DNA from: an uncultured bacterium
GTDB lineage: Bacteria > CAIJMQ01
Direction of reading: 5' to 3'
Assembly: GCA_964573245.1 (NCBI GenBank)
Contig: CAZNJA010000027.1
Location: 1-16,709 of the forward strand
DNA: 16,709 bases
The first letter of the stretch is position 1; each line of letters opens with the position of its first letter. Below the pieces are notes generated by a model, which was given only the letters and a program-made list of their open reading frames with translations, did not search any database and was not told the DNA's origin. Below, in pieces: positions 6,459 through 13,542 of the stretch. The position numbers and the translations under genes were made by a program.

Positions 6459-8254
6459 TCCATCTTTCTAATCTGCTCTAGTCTGTTGAACTCCTGTCGT
6501 ATTTGTTCAGCGCTTCGAGAATCGGGGGCGTATTTGAGGATTTGGCGGTAGATTGTGACTGTTTTATACCAGTTGCCTGATAAACTTTGCGCTCTTGCTT
6601 CAATATATAATTCTTTGGCTAATTTACCTTTTCTTTGGTCAATAAGAACTTTGTGTTGGCTATCAGGGAATTCTTTTTCAAATTTGTCCAGTTTTCCTAG
6701 ACCCGTTAGAAGTAAGTCGTCAGAGGCAACTGCCGCATCTTTAGTGCAGACTTCTAACGGGTTAAACTCTTTTACTTGAGGTATGGTTTCTTTAAGTCGT
6801 GTGTTTATTTTGTCTTTTACTGCTACGGGAAAATCTATATTAAGTAATCTACCCAAGAGAACTATATCGGTTGATTTATTTATTATGGGGATAATTTCTT
6901 CTTTTGCTTTCTCGTTCCATCCCTCGTCTTTAGAATCTTTCGCCAGAGTTACAAGTTCGTTTAAGCCATTATCGTAATCTTTAGCAGAGATATATTCTTT
7001 AGCGAGAAAATACCGTGCCTTTGGGACTAAGGGGCTTTCGGGATAAAATTCTATGAAGTTTATGTAATAATCCAGTGACATGTCGGTTCCAGCCTGTCCG
7101 CTGTCTTTTGAGCGGATATGTTCCTCATACCATTTGTAAACTTCGTCTCTTTCTTGTTTTAATGTGCTTAGCCTGTTCTCAACATCTTCCTGCAAAGATG
7201 AATCAGGGTATGCTTTTAAAATCTTTTCGTAATTTTTTATCAGAAAATTCCAATCAGCCAACAGTTTATTTTTCTTCCGTTCGAATTCTTCCCTGTTTTT
7301 TACCAGCTCGTATAAAGCCTTATCTGCCTGGGTGCCTCCGGGATATAGAAAATATGTGTTTCTGTATAAGAGTAAAGAGACGTCTTTTTTGTCTTTGGTT
7401 TCATAATTTTCCGCTTCTTTTAGAAGATAGTCCTGGATAAAATTGCCTGCTTGTTCGGTTTTTTCTTTGATGAATATGTCTTTCGAAAAAGTTATTGGGG
7501 TTTCTTCGGCTTGATTTAATCTATCTAAAATATACGGATGTGTCATAAGAAGACTTGAAAAGAGGTCGGGACGCTGCCTTTTCATAATATCTATTTTTTC
7601 CAGAGCTGTCCTTGAACCTGCCAAATCAAAACCCGCTTTTGCAAGATATACTCTGCCCCAAAAATCCGCTTCTTTCTCGAACTCGCGCGAATAGCCACTT
7701 GCTATCATTGCGCCCGAAAGCGAATATGCCAGGGAGCGCGCAGCGGATTCCGCCTGAATCTCTCTTGCGTCTTTGGAAGGGGATGTATGGGTAAGCGCAA
7801 AGATTTCAATACCCACCATAAGCACAGAGAGTAAGTCCATCTTATTTTTTATTTTAAATATATGGTCGCATTCGTTATGAGCGATTTCGTGCCCAAGAAT
7901 AAAAGCAAGTTCCGAATCTTCCAATCCCAAATCAAGAAGTCCCTTTGTCACATATACAAATCCGCCGGGCAGGGCAAAAGCATTTGCGTCTTCCATTTCT
8001 TCAACACAGAAACTGTATGGGTATTTCAGGTCTTTAATCTGGCTTATGATGCGTAGACCTATGCGATTAACGCGTAAAAAGTCTTCTTCGTCTTTGGAAA
8101 CGGGATATTTTTCTTCCACTTTTTGCGCCACCATCAACCCCACCTTGAAACGCCTGTCCTCATTGGTTCCCGCGAAGCAGTAGGTGAAAGAGAAAAGGAT
8201 AAAGAATATCAGGATAAATATTTTTCGTAGCATTTGTTTATAATATCTTATCAT
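6449..8254 (-). CDS. M48-family zinc metallopeptidase with C-terminal TPR-like repeats (BepA-like N-domain), exported
   Basis: Signal peptide; NAFALPGG, ELAFILGHEIAH (HExxH), YSREFEKEAD, THP; repeated Y..(I/L)...YP.S helical repeats. True start may be the second Met at 8233. Confidence 0.88.
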   Translation of the reverse strand: MIRYYKQMLRKIFILIFFILFSFTYCFAGTNEDRRFKVGLMVAQKVEEKYPVSKDEEDFLRVNRIGLRIISQIKDLKYPYSFCVEEMEDANAFALPGGFVYVTKGLLDLGLEDSELAFILGHEIAHNECDHIFKIKNKMDLLSVLMVGIEIFALTHTSPSKDAREIQAESAARSLAYSLSGAMIASGYSREFEKEADFWGRVYLAKAGFDLAGSRTALEKIDIMKRQRPDLFSSLLMTHPYILDRLNQAEETPITFSKDIFIKEKTEQAGNFIQDYLLKEAENYETKDKKDVSLLLYRNTYFLYPGGTQADKALYELVKNREEFERKKNKLLADWNFLIKNYEKILKAYPDSSLQEDVENRLSTLKQERDEVYKWYEEHIRSKDSGQAGTDMSLDYYINFIEFYPESPLVPKARYFLAKEYISAKDYDNGLNELVTLAKDSKDEGWNEKAKEEIIPIINKSTDIVLLGRLLNIDFPVAVKDKINTRLKETIPQVKEFNPLEVCTKDAAVASDDLLLTGLGKLDKFEKEFPDSQHKVLIDQRKGKLAKELYIEARAQSLSGNWYKTVTIYRQILKYAPDSRSAEQIRQEFNRLEQIRKMEVG

Positions 8255-8257
8255 AGT

Positions 8258-8410
8258 AAAATTCTAATATCTAAATTCGGAGCACGAAACAAAATGGTAA
8301 CGGCAAAGGTAAAGAAGCCCGTATCGGTTACGGTAAAAGGTTACATCAGGAAAATAAAAACGATTAACGTAACCGATTGACGAAACGGGCATCGTAACCC
8401 TAACCGAATA
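8258..8410. repeat. Divergent intergenic region with heptamer/hexamer repeats and a long imperfect inverted repeat
   Basis: 7-nt period 8258-8292 (AAAATTC TAATATC TAAATTC GGAGCAC GAAACAA); GCCCGTATCGGTTACG 8317-8332 pairs with CGTAACCGAT(tgacgaa)ACGGGC 8368-8390. Confidence 0.6.
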
Positions 8411-8421
8411 ACACTACTTAG

Positions 8422-10227
8422 ATGCAAATAAAAAGTATAGTCCTCACAATTTTTGTAACTTTATTCTTAGCTATAGCCCATTCTTCTGCCGACGACTTCT
8501 TCCCTAAAGATACATGGAAAGACCAACCCAATCCCTTAGTAAGTCCCGATGCAAAAGTCGGCGGGGAAATATCCACTTATGTAGGCCAGTATCCAAAGAG
8601 TTTAAATTACTATATTGAGAATAGCAGTTTTGCATCCCAAGTGTTTGCAGCTATGTATGACTCTCTTCTTGGTAAGAATTCAATTACGGCTGAATACGAG
8701 CCGATGCTCGCTAAAAAGTGGAGCATATCGGACGATAAAAAAACATTTACCTTCTGGCTTGATGAACGCGCAAAATGGAGCGACAGCAAACCGATTACCG
8801 CATACGATGTTGCGTGGACATTTCAAGCTGTAATGGATCCAAAAAATTTAACCGGAACTCATAAAGTAATACTGGAGAATTTTTTCCCGCCCGAAGTAAT
8901 AGACGAACAAACAATCCAATTTCAGGCAAAAGAAGTGCACTGGAAAAATCTGCTGGCATTGGGCGGGTTTAATATATTGCCTAAGCATATTTTCGAAAAA
9001 CAGGATTTTAATAAACTCAATTTTGAATTTCCTGTAGTATCCGGTCCGTATAAACTCGGTGAAATCAAAGAAGGGCTTTTTATCAAGATCCAGCGCAGAA
9101 ATAACTGGTGGTTAGCTTCAGCAAAACTTTTCCGGAATACCGATAATTTTCAAACTATCATTTTTAAATTCTTCGAAGAGAGGGAAAATGCATTTGAAGC
9201 GTTCAAGAAAGGGTTAATAGATATCTATCCTGTTTCTACATCACGCCTTTGGATAAACGAGACAAAGGGCGAAAAATTCGATAAGAATTGGATTATCAAA
9301 CAAAAAATATATAACTATCAACCTGCGTCTTTTCAGGGTTTTGCTATGAATATGAGACGCCCGCCGTTTGATGATATACAGGTAAGAAAAGCGATGGCTT
9401 ATATGCTTGACAGAGAAAAGATGAACCGCACGCTTATGTATAACCAGTACAGTATGCATCGTTCATATTTCGAAGACCTTTATTCCAAAGAAAACCCCTG
9501 TAAGAATGTATTTTTTGATTTTAATAAGGAAAAAGCGAGGGCATTACTTAAAGAGGCGGGTTGGCAGGTAAATCCCCAGACAGGATTACTTGAGAAAGAC
9601 GGAAAACGTTTTTCCTTTAAATTTCTTACGCGCGATGCTTCCACAGAAAAATTTGTTAACATCTATGCCGAAGACCTAAAAGACATGGGGATTGAGCTAA
9701 CAATAGACAAGAAAGATTGGGCAACATGGGTAAAGGATATGGACGAATTCAATTTTGACATGACTTGGGCGGCATGGGGCTCGCTTATATTTAAAGACCC
9801 TGAAGGAATGTGGGCTTCCAAAGAAGCAGACAGGAATTCGGGAAATAATATTACGGGATTCAAAGACCCTCAGGTTGATGCTCTTATAGAAAAACAAAAA
9901 ACGATTTTTAATGTGAATGAGAGAAATGCCATCTGCTGTGAGATTGATGCTATTATTACCAGCCAGTGTCCGTATGTTTTACTATGGAGAATAAATTATA
10001 TACGTTTGCTTTACTGGAATAAATTCGGCACTCCGCCAACAATATTATCCAGATACGGCGATGAAAGGTCTGCTTACAGCTATTGGTGGTATGACGAGGA
10101 TTCGGCTGAAGATTTGACTGATGCCATGGAAAACGGCAGGTATCTGCCAGGGGAAAAATCTTCGGTTTATTTTGACGCGGAATTTACGAGATTAGAACAA
10201 TCAAGAAAAAATGATGGAAATAATTGA
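8422..10227 (+). CDS. Peptide ABC transporter substrate-binding protein, family 5 (YejA-like)
   Basis: Signal peptide; P.A..GG, LAKKWSISDDKKTFTFWL...AKWSDSKPITAYDV, SGPYK, NMRRPPFDDIQVRKAM, W..D C-terminus typical of YejA. Confidence 0.9.
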   Translation: MQIKSIVLTIFVTLFLAIAHSSADDFFPKDTWKDQPNPLVSPDAKVGGEISTYVGQYPKSLNYYIENSSFASQVFAAMYDSLLGKNSITAEYEPMLAKKWSISDDKKTFTFWLDERAKWSDSKPITAYDVAWTFQAVMDPKNLTGTHKVILENFFPPEVIDEQTIQFQAKEVHWKNLLALGGFNILPKHIFEKQDFNKLNFEFPVVSGPYKLGEIKEGLFIKIQRRNNWWLASAKLFRNTDNFQTIIFKFFEERENAFEAFKKGLIDIYPVSTSRLWINETKGEKFDKNWIIKQKIYNYQPASFQGFAMNMRRPPFDDIQVRKAMAYMLDREKMNRTLMYNQYSMHRSYFEDLYSKENPCKNVFFDFNKEKARALLKEAGWQVNPQTGLLEKDGKRFSFKFLTRDASTEKFVNIYAEDLKDMGIELTIDKKDWATWVKDMDEFNFDMTWAAWGSLIFKDPEGMWASKEADRNSGNNITGFKDPQVDALIEKQKTIFNVNERNAICCEIDAIITSQCPYVLLWRINYIRLLYWNKFGTPPTILSRYGDERSAYSYWWYDEDSAEDLTDAMENGRYLPGEKSSVYFDAEFTRLEQSRKNDGNN

Positions 10228-10331
10228 GCCCCCATATCCTGTTTTGCGCAGCAAAACAATGGGGGGAGGAATAATTTTTATCCGCCACTCCCGCCACTAA
10301 AGATTAGGCGGGCAAGAAAACTTTGGCGGAT
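10226..10331. repeat. Cluster of REP-like palindromes between the SBP and permease genes
   Basis: GAG[CCCCCAT..TGTTTTGC-GCA-GCAAAACA-ATGGGGG]GAG at 10226-10268; ATCCGCCA (10280-10287) and TGGCGGAT (10324-10331) enclose CCCGCC (10290-10295) and GGCGGG (10307-10312). Confidence 0.7.
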
Positions 10332-10358
10332 GTCGCATAAAATAAGGGATAGAGCTCC

Positions 10359-11399
10359 ATGGAAAGAACGGAATATTTTATAAGGCGGCTTCTATTAATA
10401 GTTCCTACTTTTATAGGAATAACTATTATATGTTTCGCTCTTATCCAATTTGTTCCCGGCGGACCCGTTGAACAGAAAATAATGCAGATGAGGGCTGCTG
10501 CAGAAGGTGAAGCGGGAAAAGGCGCTTCTTCAACAACATCTATAACATCCGAATACCGTAAACAACTGGAAATCCATTTCGGTTTTGATAAGCCTTTTTA
10601 CAAACGGTATTTTAAATGGCTTATCAATGATCGTATCGGCCTGAGGATGGAATCATACAAGTTTCCCAACAAAACTGCCTGGCAGCTTATACGTGAAAGG
10701 TTGCCCGTATCTTTAATCTTCGGGATCACCGGGTTTTTACTTAGTTATCTGATATGTATTCCTCTGGGAATTGCCAAAGCATTACGACACGGAAGTAAAT
10801 TCGACTTTGCTTCAAGTGTAATTATATTTATCGGATACGCTATCCCTGGGTTTGCATTCGGTATGATTTTAAAAATGCTTTTATGCGGAACAGTGGAAGG
10901 TCTGTGGGATATATTCCCCGTTACCGGGTTTCATTCATATAATTTTGCATTGCTTTCTTTTCCCGTAAAGGTAAAAGACATTTTTATGCATATGTTTCTG
11001 CCCGTACTGTGTTATGTAATCGGTAATTTTGCGGTTTTGACTTTACTAATGAAAAATTCTCTTTTGGAACAGATAGGAAAGGACTATATCCGCACCGTGC
11101 TTGCAAAAGGAGGCAGTTCCAAAAGGGCAATATGGGCTCATGCCTTGAGGAATTCTTTAATACCTATTGCGACAGGTTTCGGCGGCATTCTTATGGTTAT
11201 GTTTGCGGGCTCCGTGATAATAGAACAAATTTTTGAGATACCGGGGATGGGACGATTAAGTTTAGAAGCCATAATGGGACGGGATTATGCGGTATTCATG
11301 GCTATTTTAGCCCTCACTTCAATACTTACACTTTTAGGCAATATTCTTTCGGATTTCTGTTATGTCTTAATAGACCCGAGAATAACTTTTAACAAATGA
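10359..11399 (+). CDS. yejB: Peptide ABC transporter permease (YejB/OppB-like)
   Basis: YFIRRLLLIVPT, IQFVPGGPVEQ, FGFDKP, PLGIAKALRHGSKFD, EAA loop DYIRTVLAKG, HALRNSLIP, DPRI. Confidence 0.88.
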   Translation: MERTEYFIRRLLLIVPTFIGITIICFALIQFVPGGPVEQKIMQMRAAAEGEAGKGASSTTSITSEYRKQLEIHFGFDKPFYKRYFKWLINDRIGLRMESYKFPNKTAWQLIRERLPVSLIFGITGFLLSYLICIPLGIAKALRHGSKFDFASSVIIFIGYAIPGFAFGMILKMLLCGTVEGLWDIFPVTGFHSYNFALLSFPVKVKDIFMHMFLPVLCYVIGNFAVLTLLMKNSLLEQIGKDYIRTVLAKGGSSKRAIWAHALRNSLIPIATGFGGILMVMFAGSVIIEQIFEIPGMGRLSLEAIMGRDYAVFMAILALTSILTLLGNILSDFCYVLIDPRITFNK

Positions 11400-11721
11400 C
11401 CCCACACCTTTATATTCATAATGCGTATTTTAAAAGATGCGGGATTTAAAAATGTATTACGTTTACCTTTTGAAAAGTAAAAAGAATGGTTCCCTCTATA
11501 TAGGATATACAAAAAATATTAAAAAAAGGTTAAAAGAACATAATAGCGGAGTTGTTGGATATACAAGTAAACATAAACCTTGGAAGTTAATATATTACGA
11601 AAGTTTCCTTTCGTTAGAAGATGCTAAGAAACGAGAGAAAAGCCTTAAATATTTTGGTAAAGCATATAGTCAATTGAAAAACAGGATTAAAAATAGTTTA
11701 AATATAGGAGAAGGTGCGGGG
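11400..11721 (+). mobile_element. Putative palindrome-bounded element carrying a GIY-YIG gene (unit 1)
   Basis: Ends CCCCACACCTT (11400-11410) and AAGGTGCGGGG (11711-11721) are 10/11 inverted; flanked by TGA (11397-11399) and TGA (11722-11724). Confidence 0.6.
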
Positions 11722-11724
11722 TGA
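11452..11724 (+). CDS. Small stand-alone GIY-YIG endonuclease (UPF0213/YhbQ-like size)
   Basis: MYYVYLLKS...LYIGYT...RLKEHN...YT...PWKLIYYE...AKKREKSLK with catalytic Tyr/Arg/His/Glu positions present. The last codons (EGAG) are encoded by the repeat. An alternative in-frame ATG at 11437 lies in a repeat arm. Confidence 0.92.
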   Translation: MYYVYLLKSKKNGSLYIGYTKNIKKRLKEHNSGVVGYTSKHKPWKLIYYESFLSLEDAKKREKSLKYFGKAYSQLKNRIKNSLNIGEGAG

Positions 11725-11725
11725 A

Positions 11726-11855
11726 CCCCGCACCTTCTAAAATTCAATATGTTAAGGGTGTGGAATGTTCAGATATTAAGAGACGTAGAGGATTAAAACA
11801 AATGAATCCCGCATCTTTGAAAAGGCGCGGGATGAATAACAAAGAAGGTGCGGGG
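11726..11855. mobile_element. Non-coding MITE/REP-like element (unit 2) with a nested 26-bp mini-element at 11807-11832
   Basis: Perfect 13-bp terminal inverted repeats CCCCGCACCTTCT (11726-11738) and AGAAGGTGCGGGG (11843-11855), flanked by TGAA/TGAA; inner TGAA[TCCCGCATCTTT-GA-AAAGGCGCGGGA]TGAA. Confidence 0.7.
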
Positions 11856-13438
11856 TGAATACCATAACACAAAAACGGATTCGCAGGTTCAAGGAGAAAA
11901 AAAGAGCATATTGGGCATTATTATTGCTCATCATACTTTACATATTGAGTTTGGCTTCGGAATTAATCTGCAATGATAAACCGTTATACATAAGATATAA
12001 CGATAAGTCGTATTTCCCTATCTTTAAATATTACCCGGAGGATACTTTCCTTCGAAACGGTAAACAAACGCGACCTAATTATAAGCAAGTCAATCAAAAT
12101 TCTATATTTGCGGCTAATCCGCAAAACTTTATGGTATTCCCGCTTATACCCTATGGCCCCTATGAAAATATTGACCCCGAATCATTACGCTCTGAAGAGA
12201 GAGTCACACTGACTTTTACACCTATTCCGAGAGTTGGTAATGTAAATATACGTCCGGATTTCAGCATAGCCCGCTCAAGAACTTGCGGTTTCTTTTTTAA
12301 CATTGAAGACGACTTAGTAAAAGGACTGACACTAAGCGACTATTGGGACGTTAACCCCAAATTAACAAGCGCTATAAAAGACAGGTTTCTTAATAAAAAT
12401 TCGGTGTCTTTATCGGCTGTTCTGACAAGCAAGATAAAACCGCAAATTAAAGCGGAAATTTCGCTATCGGAATTCTCAAGACGGGATAGCCTACCCGATA
12501 CAATACGCATAAGTTTTAGGGAACCACTCGGGGAAATTTTAAAGGCCGAAACTGTAGTTTTTAACAGGGAAATGAAAACAACGGGAAGGATACCAAAATT
12601 ATGGGAAGCAATAAACATTGACAAACACAGCCATCTGACCGATTTGGCAAACAAACGTTTCAGTGAATACATAGAACCTTTTACAACAACTATATTAAAC
12701 GGAGTATATAAAATCCGCATAGAAAAAAATGATATAACCTGGCCGCATTCTCCTATCCGCGGGCATTGGCTCGGTATCGACAGCAACGGACGCGATGTTT
12801 TGGCGCGCATCATTTACGGTCTGCGCATTTCTATGACGTTTGGGTTTCTGCTGGTTGCAGTATCAATGTTCATAGGCATTTTTGTTGGCGCAATCCAGGG
12901 ATATTTCGGAGGCAAATTGGATATTACCGGACAGCGTTTAATAGAAATATGGAGCGCTCTTCCGTTTTTATATGTAATGATATTATTGGGCTCTATTTAC
13001 GGCAGAAGTTTTGCCCTATTGCTTTTCTGTTACGGTATTTTCAACTGGATAGGAATCTCGTATTATATGCGCGGCGAATTCCTTCGCCTTCGAAAACAAC
13101 CGTTTGTTGATGCCGCAAAATGTATAGGAATATCCCCTTTCAAAATTATAATTAGACATATTCTTCCAAACGCCCTTACGCCCATCATCACATTTTTCCC
13201 TTTTTATCTTGTGGGTGCAATAGGCGCATTGGCGGCATTGGACTTTTTGGGATTCGGGCTGCCCCCGCCTACTCCCAGCTGGGGCGAACTTTTACACCAG
13301 GCGCAACAGTTCCGTTGGGCGTGGTGGCTTATACTTTATCCTTCACTTGCTCTTTTTGTGGTTATGCTTTTGGGGATTTTTATAGGAGAAGGCGTGAGGG
13401 ACGCTTTTGACCCGCGCCCTTACAGCAGGATGGAATAA
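11855..13438 (+). CDS. yejE: Peptide ABC transporter permease (YejE/OppC-like) with an enlarged extracytoplasmic domain
   Basis: RRFK..KRAYW, SELICNDKPL, HWLGIDSNGRDVLARIIYGLRIS, GAIQGYFGG, RGEFLRLR, LDFLGFGLPPPTPSWGELL, GEGVRDAFDPR. The GTG start is formed at the repeat end. Confidence 0.88.
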   Translation: MNTITQKRIRRFKEKKRAYWALLLLIILYILSLASELICNDKPLYIRYNDKSYFPIFKYYPEDTFLRNGKQTRPNYKQVNQNSIFAANPQNFMVFPLIPYGPYENIDPESLRSEERVTLTFTPIPRVGNVNIRPDFSIARSRTCGFFFNIEDDLVKGLTLSDYWDVNPKLTSAIKDRFLNKNSVSLSAVLTSKIKPQIKAEISLSEFSRRDSLPDTIRISFREPLGEILKAETVVFNREMKTTGRIPKLWEAINIDKHSHLTDLANKRFSEYIEPFTTTILNGVYKIRIEKNDITWPHSPIRGHWLGIDSNGRDVLARIIYGLRISMTFGFLLVAVSMFIGIFVGAIQGYFGGKLDITGQRLIEIWSALPFLYVMILLGSIYGRSFALLLFCYGIFNWIGISYYMRGEFLRLRKQPFVDAAKCIGISPFKIIIRHILPNALTPIITFFPFYLVGAIGALAALDFLGFGLPPPTPSWGELLHQAQQFRWAWWLILYPSLALFVVMLLGIFIGEGVRDAFDPRPYSRME

Positions 13439-13439
13439 A

Positions 13440-13537
13440 CCCCGCTCCCCGTGCTAAAGCACGGGGCTTTGGGGAAAACTTAATAATACAAACCCTCCAT
13501 CTCCGCTCTAAAGAACGGGGCTTTTTTGGGGGCGGGG
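13440..13537. mobile_element. 98-bp MITE/REP-like element between the permease and ATPase genes
   Basis: TAAA[CCCCGCTCCC ... GGGGGCGGGG]TAAA (ends 9/10 inverted); internal hairpin CCCCGTGCT-AA-AGCACGGGG (13447-13466) with a degenerate second copy at 13501-13520. Confidence 0.65.
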
Positions 13538-13542
13538 TAAAT

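Noticed and set aside
11709-11738. Rho-independent terminator after the GIY-YIG gene
   Set aside because: Strong stem but no U-tract on the + strand, and it lies mid-operon; better explained as back-to-back ends of two elements.
11400-11860. CRISPR array interpretation of the repeated GGTGCGGGG motifs
   Set aside because: Copies alternate in orientation, are only 11-13 bp and irregularly spaced; no cas genes in the window.
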